Counted from the first letter of the stretch, positions 8,954 to 18,106 are shown. The stretch is DNA of 64,000 bases from an uncultured Jatrophihabitans sp. (GCA_964244175.1 CAXTHY010000009.1:29-64028); one strand, 5' to 3'. A program made the numbers and translations. The notes: generated by a model not told the origin, from the letters alone.

Positions 8954-9928
8954 TCAGCTGCGGCGTTGGCGCAGTTCGGCGTTGATCGCGGGCACGATCT
9001 CGTGCAGGTCGCCGATCACCGCGTAGTGCGCCTTGGTGACCATGGGGGCCTCGGGATCGGTGTTGATCGCGAGGATGGTCTTCGCCGACTGGCACCCGGC
9101 CCAGTGCTGGATCGCACCGCTGATGCCGCACGGGATGTAGACGTCGGGGGCGATGCGGCTGCCGGTCTGCCCGACCTGTTCGCTGTGCGGACGCCAGCCC
9201 AGGCCGGTGACGACGCGCGAGACGCCCAGGGCGCCGCCGAGCAGCTCGGTGAGTTCGAGCAGGTCGGTGAAGCCGTCGGCACTGCCGGCGCCGCGGCCGG
9301 CGCCGACGACCACGCGCGCGCTGGTCAGGGCACCGGTGTCGTCGGTCTCGGTCGCCTCCACCCGGGTCACCCGGGCGACAAGATCGCGCTCGGCGATCTT
9401 CGGGACGTACGTGACGACCTCGGTCTCGGCCGGCGCCGCCGCCGGCTGCGCGTCGCAGGCGTGCCCGGCCACCGAGACGACGGCCACGCGGTCGGGCAGC
9501 CGCAGCTCCTCCAGCACCGACCCGCCGACCACCTGGCGGGTCACCACGAACGGATCGGGCGTGTTCACCTGCACCACGTTGGCGGCCATCGCGACGTCGA
9601 GGCGGGTCGCGACGTGCGCGAGCACCTCCATGCCGCGCGGCGTGCCGGCCGCCATCAGCACATCCGCTGCGGCGGAGTCGACGACGTCCACGACGGCCGC
9701 GGCCCACGCCGCGGCGGAGTAGGCCGCCAGCCGCTCGTCGTCAGGGTGGTGGACGACGCCCACGCCCTGCTCGCCCAGCCGCGTCAGCACCTCGTCGGTG
9801 ACCTCACCCACGACGACGGCCTGCACCGCGTCGACCGAGCGCGTGCTCAGCTCGCGGGCGAAGGTCAGCACCTCTTGCGAAACGCCCATGACGCCCTTCG
9901 CGTCGGTCTCGACCAGAACGATGATCAT
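8954..9928 (-). CDS. etfA: Electron transfer flavoprotein, alpha (large) subunit
   Basis: 324 aa with the C-terminal FAD-binding signature PDVYIPCGISGAIQHWAG. ATGA overlap with etfB. Confidence 0.9.
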   Translation of the reverse strand: MIIVLVETDAKGVMGVSQEVLTFARELSTRSVDAVQAVVVGEVTDEVLTRLGEQGVGVVHHPDDERLAAYSAAAWAAAVVDVVDSAAADVLMAAGTPRGMEVLAHVATRLDVAMAANVVQVNTPDPFVVTRQVVGGSVLEELRLPDRVAVVSVAGHACDAQPAAAPAETEVVTYVPKIAERDLVARVTRVEATETDDTGALTSARVVVGAGRGAGSADGFTDLLELTELLGGALGVSRVVTGLGWRPHSEQVGQTGSRIAPDVYIPCGISGAIQHWAGCQSAKTILAINTDPEAPMVTKAHYAVIGDLHEIVPAINAELRQRRS

Positions 9929-10698
9929 GCCGACACCACCCCGAGCTCGACCAGCAGGTCGACGACGGCCGGCGCGGCCGCTGCGCCGCGACCGAGGACC
10001 TGCACGGTGCTCGGCCGGCGCGGCGGCAGCGTGAGTCGTACTCGCCGCGAGCCGCGGGGCTCGAGCGTCGGGGTCACCGTCTCGATCGGGGCGCGCTTGG
10101 CCTTCATCCGGCCGGGGATCGACGGGTAGCGCGGGCTGACGCCGCCCTCCATCACGGCCACGACGGCGGGCAGCGGCAGCTCGAAGATCTCGGTGCCCTC
10201 GGGTCCCTCGCCGCGGGCCACGGCGTGGTCGCCTGCGAGCTCGACCGTCGAGATGCCGGTGACCACCGGGCGGTCGAGTGCGTAGGCCAGCCGGATCGGC
10301 ACCTGGAAATCGCCGGTATCGGCGGCGTCGTTGCCGAGCAGGACCAGGTCGTAGGTCGTACCCGCGTCCTCATGGGCGCGCACCACGTCGGCGATCGCCG
10401 CAGCGACGTCGACCGGGCCGAAGCGCTCGGCGTCGGCCTCGATGAGCACACCGTCGGTGCAGCCGACCGCCAACGCGCTGCGCAGCTGCTCGACGGCCTC
10501 GGCCGCCCCGAGCGTCAGCACGGTCACCGTGCCACCGGACGCCTCGGCCAGCTGCGTCGCGAGCTCGACCGCGCACTCCTCGTGCGGGCTCACGGTGAAG
10601 CCGACGTGCCGGGCATCGACCGCCTGCTCGTCGGCGGTGAGCAGGACCTCCCCGGACACGTCCGGGACCCGCTTGATGCAGACCAGGATGTTGCTCAT
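9925..10698 (-). CDS. etfB: Electron transfer flavoprotein, beta (small) subunit
   Basis: 257 aa with N-terminus MSNILVCIKRVPD typical of EtfB/FixA. Starts 4 nt after the upstream dehydrogenase stop. Confidence 0.9.
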   Translation of the reverse strand: MSNILVCIKRVPDVSGEVLLTADEQAVDARHVGFTVSPHEECAVELATQLAEASGGTVTVLTLGAAEAVEQLRSALAVGCTDGVLIEADAERFGPVDVAAAIADVVRAHEDAGTTYDLVLLGNDAADTGDFQVPIRLAYALDRPVVTGISTVELAGDHAVARGEGPEGTEIFELPLPAVVAVMEGGVSPRYPSIPGRMKAKRAPIETVTPTLEPRGSRRVRLTLPPRRPSTVQVLGRGAAAAPAVVDLLVELGVVSA

Positions 10699-10702
10699 GA
10701 AC

Positions 10703-13219
10703 TCAGCTCCGGATCCGCTCGTTCTCGGGGTCGAACAGCGCGCTCGCGTCGGCCGCGGCGACCGTCACCGGGTAGCGCTCCTCGAAGTAGTCGACGGCGA
10801 GCTTGGTGCCGACGATCGCGGTCTCCGGCGGCAGGTAGGCCATCAGCACGTGCTGGCCCAGGGAGGGCGCCGAACCGGCCGTCGTGACGTAGGGGCGGTG
10901 CCCGTGGCCGTCGACCAGCGGCTCGCCGTCGGGGGTCACGATCGGCTCGCCGCCGAGCATGTAGCGCAACGTCCCGTCAGCCGACGTGTGGTCGTCGACG
11001 GTCAGCGAGCACAGCACCGCCTCGGGCGCGTTGTCACGCTGCTTGAGGTAGGCCTCGCGACCGACGAAGTCGGCGTCCTTCACCTTGGGTCGCATCATCC
11101 CGGCCTCGACGATCGTCCGCTCACTGTCGAGCTCGGCACCGTACGCGCGGTAGCCCTTCTCGATGCGGCCGGTCGTGCCGTAGACGCCGATGCCGACCGG
11201 CACCGCGCCGTGGGGCCGGCCGGCCGCCCGGACGAGGTCCCACAGGCGGGCGCCCTCTTCCATCGGGACGTACAGCTCCCAGCCGAGCTCGCCGACGTAG
11301 GAGATGCGCGAGGCCAGCACCGCCAGCGACTCGATCTCGAGATCGCGGCACGTCCCGAACTTGAACGCGTCGCCGCTGACGTCATCGGCGGTGAGCGCGC
11401 CGAGGATGTCGCGGGCCCGCGGGCCCCACAGCCCGATCGTGGTGAACGACGACGTGAGGTCGACGATCTGGGCCGAGCCGTCGGCCGGCAGGTGGTCGCG
11501 GAACCATTTGCGGTCGAGGTTGCCGTGCGCGCCGCCGGTGACCACGCGGAACCGGTCCTCGGCCAACCGCATGATCGTCAGGTCGGCGCGGAACCCGCCG
11601 CGCTCGTCGATGATCGGCGTGTAGACGACCTTGCCGGGCGCGACGTTCAGCTGACCGACGGCGATGCGTTGCACTGCGTCGAATGCGCCCGGCCCGACGA
11701 CGTCGAAGATCACGAAGGCCGAGAGGTCGACGTAGCCGGCCCGCTCGCGCATCGCGAGGTGTTCGGCGTTGATGATCGGCGACCACCAGCGCGCGTCCCA
11801 CTCGGCCGCGCGCGGCATGACGGCCGCGCCGTACTCGCCCAGCAAGGCTTCGTTCGAGGCGTACCAGTGGGGGCGCTCCCAGCCGGCCGTCTCGTAGAAG
11901 AAGGCGCCGAGCTCGCGCTGGCCGGCGTGCATCGGCGCCAGACGCACATCGCGATTGCTGCCCCACTGCTCGGCCGGGTGGATGATCCCGTAGGTCTTGT
12001 TGAAGCCCTCGCCGGTGCGGGCCCAGATGTGGTGCTTGGTGCGCTGGTGTGGGTAGAAGCGGGCGATGTCGGCGCCGTGCACGTCGATCTCGGGATTGCC
12101 GTCGGTCATCCACTCGGCGACGGTGCGTCCGACGCCCGGGCCTTCCTTGATCCAGACGGCCGCGGCCGACCAGACGCCCTTGACCTCGGGGCTCTCGCCC
12201 AGCACCGGCGCGCCGTCGGGGGTGAGCGACAGCAGGCCGTTGATGGCGTAGCGGATCTCGGCCGCCTCGTTGCCCAGCAGCTGCGGCATCAGCTCGAGGG
12301 CCTGCTCGAGCTGGGGGTCGAAGTCGTCTTCGGTGAAGGGCATCTCGGTCGGACTGAGCTTGGCCTGGTCGATGGACGGGATGTCCTCGGCGTCCATCAG
12401 GATCGCGCGGTGGGCGTAGGAGCCGACCTCCATATCGCTGCCGTGCTGGCGCTCGTAGCAGAACGTGTCCATGTCGCGCACGATCGGGTACGAGATCTCA
12501 CCGGGCTTGTCGGCCAGCTCGGGCACCGGGCCGACGCTGATCATCTGGTGCACCGCGGGCGTCAGCGGGATGTGCACGCCGGCCATCTTGGCCAGCTTCG
12601 GGCTCCAGACCCCGCACGCGATGACGACGGTGTCGGTGTTGATGTCACCGCCGCTGGTGCGCACGGCCCTGATCTGGCCGCCCTCGACCGTCATGGCCGT
12701 GACCTCGACGTTGGGGACGACGGTGAGGGCGTCGAGTGCCTGCGCCTTCTCGCGCATGATCGTCCCGGCCCGCAGCGAGTCGACGACGCCCACGCTCGGT
12801 GTGTAGAAACCGCCGATGATCACCGAGGGGTCGAGGAAGGGCACCTTCGCGGCGATCTGCTCAGGCGTCAGCAGCTCGGAGGCAATCCCCCAGGCCTTGG
12901 CGCTGGACATGCGCCGGCGCAGTTCCTGCATGCGCTCCTCGGTGCGGGCGACCTCGATGCCGCCGCATTCGGTGAAGACGTCCATTTCCTTGTACTGCCG
13001 CATGCTGTCGAGCGTCAGATCGGTGATCTCGCGCGAGTGGTCGACCGGGAAGATGAAGTTCGACGCGTGCCCGGTGGAGCCGCCCGGGTTCGGCAGCGGC
13101 CCTTTGTCGAGCTGCACGATGTCGCGCCAGCCGAGGCGGGCCAGGTGGTACACGAGGCTGTTGCCGACGATGCCGGCCCCGATCACCACGACCCGGGCGC
13201 TGCTCGGAACCGTTGCCAT
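10703..13219 (-). CDS. Dimethylglycine/sarcosine dehydrogenase-type flavoprotein (DAO FAD domain plus GcvT-like folate-binding aminomethyltransferase domain)
   Basis: 838 aa. VVVIGAGIVGNSLVYHLARLG (GxGxxG). STGHASNF resembles the covalent-FAD histidine region of this family. Long C-terminal GcvT-like region. First gene of an operon with etfBA. Confidence 0.85.
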   Translation of the reverse strand: MATVPSSARVVVIGAGIVGNSLVYHLARLGWRDIVQLDKGPLPNPGGSTGHASNFIFPVDHSREITDLTLDSMRQYKEMDVFTECGGIEVARTEERMQELRRRMSSAKAWGIASELLTPEQIAAKVPFLDPSVIIGGFYTPSVGVVDSLRAGTIMREKAQALDALTVVPNVEVTAMTVEGGQIRAVRTSGGDINTDTVVIACGVWSPKLAKMAGVHIPLTPAVHQMISVGPVPELADKPGEISYPIVRDMDTFCYERQHGSDMEVGSYAHRAILMDAEDIPSIDQAKLSPTEMPFTEDDFDPQLEQALELMPQLLGNEAAEIRYAINGLLSLTPDGAPVLGESPEVKGVWSAAAVWIKEGPGVGRTVAEWMTDGNPEIDVHGADIARFYPHQRTKHHIWARTGEGFNKTYGIIHPAEQWGSNRDVRLAPMHAGQRELGAFFYETAGWERPHWYASNEALLGEYGAAVMPRAAEWDARWWSPIINAEHLAMRERAGYVDLSAFVIFDVVGPGAFDAVQRIAVGQLNVAPGKVVYTPIIDERGGFRADLTIMRLAEDRFRVVTGGAHGNLDRKWFRDHLPADGSAQIVDLTSSFTTIGLWGPRARDILGALTADDVSGDAFKFGTCRDLEIESLAVLASRISYVGELGWELYVPMEEGARLWDLVRAAGRPHGAVPVGIGVYGTTGRIEKGYRAYGAELDSERTIVEAGMMRPKVKDADFVGREAYLKQRDNAPEAVLCSLTVDDHTSADGTLRYMLGGEPIVTPDGEPLVDGHGHRPYVTTAGSAPSLGQHVLMAYLPPETAIVGTKLAVDYFEERYPVTVAAADASALFDPENERIRS

Positions 13220-13249
13220 CCGTCCACCCCTTTACTGCCGTCCAGCCAG

Positions 13250-13265
13250 TGTTGCGTATCGTACA
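13250..13265. promoter_or_regulatory. Candidate IclR operator box A (TGTTGCGTATCGTACA), upstream of the dehydrogenase-etfBA operon
   Basis: 16-mer located 31 nt upstream of ATG 13219. It matches 15 of 16 positions of a box at 14191-14206. It is followed by CATCATGC, which also occurs next to box B. Confidence 0.45.
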
Positions 13266-13308
13266 ACATCATGCACCATAAGCAACGCCCCCGCCAACCC
13301 CTCGTTCT

Positions 13309-13371
13309 CTTCTCGGGTGCTGAGCTGACCACTTTTCGCCGTCGAAAGTGGTCAGCTCAGCACCCGAGAAG
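13309..13371. repeat. Long perfect palindromic element (27-bp arms, 9-nt loop); also a likely terminator of the IclR gene
   Basis: CTTCTCGGGTGCTGAGCTGACCACTTT-tcgccgtcg-AAAGTGGTCAGCTCAGCACCCGAGAAG. A degenerate copy lies at 53176-53238 and arm-terminus motifs lie at 32526-32556. Confidence 0.85.
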
Positions 13372-13395
13372 GGGCGGACAGTGGGGGGACGCGGG

Positions 13396-14169
13396 TCAGG
13401 TGGGCTGCCAGCCGAGGCGGTGCGAGACCTCGCCGGCGGCCGTGACCAGGTCCGGCAGCACCTCGGCCACCCGCTCCTTGTCGAGGCGCAACGTCGGTCC
13501 GGACAGGCTGAGCGAGGCGACGATGTCGCCGTGCGCATTGCGGATCGGCGCGGCCACCGCGGTCAGCCCGACCTCCAGCTCGTCAATCGCCACCGCGTAA
13601 CCGGCGCCCCGCACCTCGTCGATCTCGCGCCGCAGCTGCTTCTTCGTCGTGATCGTCGCGTCGGTGTACGCAGCCAGGGTGCCGAGCGTCTCGTTGAGCT
13701 CGCCCGGGCTCAATTCGCTGAGCAGCACCTTGCCGTTGGACGTGGCGTGCAGCGGGATGTGCTGGCCGACCCAGTTGTGCGCCTGCAGCGACGACGCGCC
13801 GGCGACCTGATCGACATAGAGCGCCGAGTTGCCCGACAGCACGGCGATGTTCACCGTCTCGCCGGTGGTGGTCGCGAGCCGACGGCAGACGGGCCGAGCT
13901 TCCTGGACGACGTCGAGACGGGCCGTGGTCGCACCGGCGAGGCGCAGGATGCCCATGCCGAGGCGGTACTTGCCGCGATCACCGGCCTGCTCGACCAGCC
14001 CGGCGTTCTCCAACGCCGACACGAGCCGGAACGCGGTGCTCTTGTGCACGCCGATCTCGGCCGCGATCGCGGTGACGCCCTCTTCGCCGGCGCGGGCCAG
14101 GATATCGAGGATCGTCAGCGCCCGTTCCACGGACTGCACCCCGGACGGCGCGGCGTCGCTGTTGCTCAT
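13396..14169 (-). CDS. IclR family transcriptional regulator
   Basis: 257 aa. N-terminal wHTH (VQSVERALTILDILARAGEEGVTAIAAEIGVHKSTAFRLVSAL) plus an IclR-type effector domain. Confidence 0.9.
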   Translation of the reverse strand: MSNSDAAPSGVQSVERALTILDILARAGEEGVTAIAAEIGVHKSTAFRLVSALENAGLVEQAGDRGKYRLGMGILRLAGATTARLDVVQEARPVCRRLATTTGETVNIAVLSGNSALYVDQVAGASSLQAHNWVGQHIPLHATSNGKVLLSELSPGELNETLGTLAAYTDATITTKKQLRREIDEVRGAGYAVAIDELEVGLTAVAAPIRNAHGDIVASLSLSGPTLRLDKERVAEVLPDLVTAAGEVSHRLGWQPT

Positions 14170-14190
14170 TATGCGACACTAGCGCAGGCA

Positions 14191-14206
14191 TGTTGCGTAT
14201 CGCACA
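14191..14206. promoter_or_regulatory. Candidate IclR operator box B (TGTTGCGTATCGCACA) in the iclR/purU divergent region
   Basis: Near-identical to box A. It is flanked by two copies of ATGCGACA (14171-14178 and 14221-14228) and by TGCATCATGC. Confidence 0.45.
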
Positions 14207-14243
14207 CTCGGTTGTGCATCATGCGACAGACGAGAGGCCTGAG

Positions 14244-15110
14244 ATGACAGCCGCGCGGCACCCCGAGTACGTCCTGACCATCGTCTGCCCGGACCGCCCT
14301 GGCATCGTCTACGCCGTCGCGTCGTTCCTCGTGCACAGTGCGGGCAACATCCTCGAGAGCCAGCAGTACGACGACCGGATCGAGGAGCGCTTCTTCATGC
14401 GCGTCCACTTCGAGGTCTACGACGAGGCGATGACCCTCGACCGGCTGCGCCACGGCTTCCAGGCGGTGGCCGACGCGTCGCAGATGACGTGGCAGATGTG
14501 GGCGGCCGACGCGAAGTACCGCACGCTGGTGCTGGTCTCGAAGGAAGGCCATTGCCTCAACGACCTGCTCTACCGGCAGAGCATCGGCGCGCTGCCGATC
14601 GAGATCCCGGCCGTGATCTCGAACCACACGAGCCTCGAGCGGCTCGTCACCTCCTACGGGATCGACTTCCACCACGTCCCGGTGACGGCGGAGAGCAAGG
14701 CAGCGGCCGAGGCCGAGCTGATGGCGCTGGTCGACTCGCTCGGCATCCACCTGGTGGTGCTGGCCCGCTACATGCAGATCCTGACCGACGAGACCTGCGC
14801 CGCTCTACAGGGCCGAGCCATCAACATCCATCACTCGTTCCTGCCCTCGTTCAAGGGTGCGCGGCCCTACCAGCAGGCTTACGACCGCGGCGTGAAGCTG
14901 GTCGGGGCGACTGCGCACTATGTCAGCCCGGACCTTGACGAAGGGCCGATCATCGAGCAGGACGTGATGCGCGTCGACCACGCGCTCAGCGGCCCGCAGC
15001 TGGTAGCGGCCGGACGCGATGTCGAGAGCCAGGTGCTCTCCCGAGCGGTGCGCTGGCACGCCGAGACCCGCGTGCTGCTCAACGGCCACCGCACGGTTGT
15101 GTTCCGCTGA
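14244..15110 (+). CDS. purU: Formyltetrahydrofolate deformylase
   Basis: N-terminal ACT domain (LTIVCPDRPGIVYAVASFL) plus a formyltransferase core (INIHHSFLPSFKGARPYQQA, GATAHYVSPDLDEGPIIEQD). ATG 14244 is preceded by GAGAGG. Confidence 0.9.
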   Translation: MTAARHPEYVLTIVCPDRPGIVYAVASFLVHSAGNILESQQYDDRIEERFFMRVHFEVYDEAMTLDRLRHGFQAVADASQMTWQMWAADAKYRTLVLVSKEGHCLNDLLYRQSIGALPIEIPAVISNHTSLERLVTSYGIDFHHVPVTAESKAAAEAELMALVDSLGIHLVVLARYMQILTDETCAALQGRAINIHHSFLPSFKGARPYQQAYDRGVKLVGATAHYVSPDLDEGPIIEQDVMRVDHALSGPQLVAAGRDVESQVLSRAVRWHAETRVLLNGHRTVVFR

Positions 15111-15128
15111 CCGGCCGGCCCGACGGGG

Positions 15129-16568
15129 TCAGTCGCCGAGTTCGGCCCGGCGGCGCACGACGTACTCCTCGAGCTCGGCCCGGATCGCGTCGTTGAGCGG
15201 CGGGGCCTCGTACTCCTCGAGCTTCTTCTGGTAGATCTTCGTTGCGCGCCCGGCCGCGTCGACCCCCCCGTTGCGCATCCAGCGCTCGTAGTTCTCCGAG
15301 GACGAGAGCAGCGGCCGGTAGAAGCAGGTACGGAAACGCTCCATGGTGTGCATCGCGCCCAGGAAATGGCCGCCGTGCCCGACCTCGACATGCGCACCGA
15401 AGGCCAGCGAGTCGTCGTCGATCTCGAGCGGGGTGAACTGCTCGCGCATCATCTGCAGCAGTTCGATGTCGACGATGAACTTCTCGTAGCCGGCGACCAG
15501 GCCACCCTCGAGCCAGCCGGCTGAGTGCATCACCCAGTTCGCCCCGGCGAGGAACGTCGGCATCAGCGTCATCAGCGCCTCGTAGCCGGCCTGCGCGTCG
15601 GGCACCTGCGACGACGTCATCGCGCCGCCGGAGCGAAACGGCAGCCCGAAGTGCCGGGCGATCTGCCCGGTGCACAGCAGGCCCATCGCCGACTCGGGCG
15701 TCCCGAACGTGGGCGACCCCGACTGCATGTCGATGTTGGACAGGAACGACCCGAAGACCACCGGGCAACCGGGACGGATCAGCTGCGAGAGCGCGATACC
15801 GGTCAGCGCCTCGGCGATCTGCTGCACCAGCGCCGCCGGGATCGTCACCGGCGACATCGCGCCCATCAGGATGAACGGGGTCAGCACGACGGCCTGGTTC
15901 GCGGCGCTGTACTCCATCTGCGCGTCGAGCATCCGGTCGTCCCAGCGCAGCGGCGAGTTGCAGTTGATCAGCGAGATCGTCGTCGGCGTCTGCTCGATGG
16001 CCGCGCGACCGCCGAACAGGATCGAGCTCATCTCGATGGTGTCGCGGGCGTTGACCCCGGACACGACGTTGCCCATGTAGATCTTGTCGGTCAGTGTCTG
16101 CAGCGCCAGCGTCATGTCGAGGTGGCGCGAGTCGAGCGGCGTGTCGTTGGGCTCGCAGATGACGCCGCCGGCCGAGTCGAGCACCCCGAAGGTCTGCGAG
16201 AGCTTGGTGAAGTTGCGGAAGTCCTCCATCGTCGCGTCGCGGCGCACCTCGCCCGCGCGGACGAACGGCGGCCCGTAGACCGCGCCGAAGGCCATCGAGT
16301 CGCCCCCGATGTGGATCGAGTTGGCCGGGTTGCGGGCGGCGACATCGAACTCGCGCGGGGCCTTGGCCACCTGTTCGAGGACGAACTCGGGGTCGAAGAA
16401 GACGGTGTTCTCCTCGACGCGCTGGCCGGCCTGGCGGAACAGTTCGAGCGCCGGCTCGGCCATGAACTCGACACCCACCTCGCTCACGAGCCGACGCCAG
16501 CCCGCGTCCAGCTTCGCCATCGCGTCCTGCGACAGGACCTCGTAGCGCGGCATGACGTTTCGGAACAT
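15129..16568 (-). CDS. MttB-superfamily (trimethylamine methyltransferase family) substrate:corrinoid methyltransferase, non-pyrrolysine type
   Basis: 479 aa from ATG 16568, with AGGAGG 6 nt upstream. Full-length similarity by eye to MttB/MtgB-type proteins (MFRNVMPRYEVLSQDAMAKLD...). The frame is uninterrupted, so there is no amber codon. Confidence 0.85.
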   Translation of the reverse strand: MFRNVMPRYEVLSQDAMAKLDAGWRRLVSEVGVEFMAEPALELFRQAGQRVEENTVFFDPEFVLEQVAKAPREFDVAARNPANSIHIGGDSMAFGAVYGPPFVRAGEVRRDATMEDFRNFTKLSQTFGVLDSAGGVICEPNDTPLDSRHLDMTLALQTLTDKIYMGNVVSGVNARDTIEMSSILFGGRAAIEQTPTTISLINCNSPLRWDDRMLDAQMEYSAANQAVVLTPFILMGAMSPVTIPAALVQQIAEALTGIALSQLIRPGCPVVFGSFLSNIDMQSGSPTFGTPESAMGLLCTGQIARHFGLPFRSGGAMTSSQVPDAQAGYEALMTLMPTFLAGANWVMHSAGWLEGGLVAGYEKFIVDIELLQMMREQFTPLEIDDDSLAFGAHVEVGHGGHFLGAMHTMERFRTCFYRPLLSSSENYERWMRNGGVDAAGRATKIYQKKLEEYEAPPLNDAIRAELEEYVVRRRAELGD

Positions 16569-16618
16569 CGGGTGCCTCCTTGACCTGGCTGGGTACGTCG
16601 CGCATCCTAACCCCGTAT

Positions 16619-16651
16619 TATGGAAGTGCAGTTCCATATTGTGAAACTGCA
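16619..16651. promoter_or_regulatory. Two interlocked inverted repeats in the mttB-like/iclR divergent promoter region
   Basis: TATGGAA-gtgcag-TTCCATA (16619-16638) and TGCAGTT-n11-AACTGCA (16627-16651), inside an unusually AT-rich stretch. Confidence 0.4.
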
Positions 16652-16677
16652 TCCTCGACGGTGGGACTCCGGAGACC

Positions 16678-17439
16678 ATGACCAACACGGGCGCACAAGC
16701 CGTCGACCGCGCGGCTCAGTTGCTGACGCTCGTCGTCCAGGCCGACGGGCCCATCACCTACACCGAGCTGGTCGAGGACGCCGGCCTGGCCCGCTCGACG
16801 ACCTCGCGCCTGCTCGCTGCCCTCGAGGCCAATCACCTCCTCGAGCGCGACGCCCACGGCGCCTACCGCTCGGGCGCACTGTTCGCGCTGTACGCGGCGC
16901 GCCACGATCCGTGGTCGCAGGTGGCCCGGCTGGCCGATCCGATCATGCGCACGGTCGGCGCGCTGACCGGCGAGACGGTGAACCTGGCCATCGCGCGTGG
17001 TGACGCCGTCGTGCAGATCGCGCAGGTCGACTCGACCTTCATGCTCAGCGCGCGCGACTGGATGCAGGTCGACGTCCCGCCGCACTGCTCGGCGCTGGGC
17101 AAGGTGCTCTACGCCTTCGGCGCGCTCGATTTGCCGATCGGCCGCCTCGAGCAACTCACGCCGCACTCGCTGCCGACGCCACAGGTGCTGGCGCGCGAGA
17201 TCGCGATCATCCGCCGGCGCGGCTACGCCGTCGCCCGCGAGGAACTGGAAATCGGCCTGGACGCCGTAGCCGCTCCCGTGCGCGGCACCGAGGGTGACGT
17301 CGTCGTCGCGCTCGGCGTGTCTGGCCCGAGCGCGCGCCTCGGTAAGAAAACCGACGAGATTGGACAGCTGCTGGTCGAGCATGCGAGCTCGCTGTCGCAG
17401 TTGCTCCGTCCCCGCATGCGAAAGAAAGGCGTGGCCTGA
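16678..17439 (+). CDS. IclR family transcriptional regulator (second copy)
   Basis: 253 aa. wHTH (AVDRAAQLLTLVVQADGPITYTELVEDAGLARSTTSRLLAALE) plus an IclR effector domain. Confidence 0.9.
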   Translation: MTNTGAQAVDRAAQLLTLVVQADGPITYTELVEDAGLARSTTSRLLAALEANHLLERDAHGAYRSGALFALYAARHDPWSQVARLADPIMRTVGALTGETVNLAIARGDAVVQIAQVDSTFMLSARDWMQVDVPPHCSALGKVLYAFGALDLPIGRLEQLTPHSLPTPQVLAREIAIIRRRGYAVAREELEIGLDAVAAPVRGTEGDVVVALGVSGPSARLGKKTDEIGQLLVEHASSLSQLLRPRMRKKGVA

Positions 17440-17440
17440 C

Positions 17441-18102
<662 letters not shown>

Positions 18103-18106
<4 letters not shown>

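Noticed and set aside
10442-13600. 1052-aa ORF on the plus strand
   Set aside because: It lies antisense to the 838-aa dehydrogenase gene, which has clear FAD and GcvT-like motifs. Its translation is Arg/Ala/Gly/Val-rich with no motif. It also reads through the palindromic repeat.
15129-16568. Possibility of a pyrrolysine (in-frame TAG) codon in the MttB-family gene
   Set aside because: The 479-codon frame is uninterrupted from ATG 16568 to the stop at 15129. No pyl genes are present in the window, so this is a non-Pyl family member.
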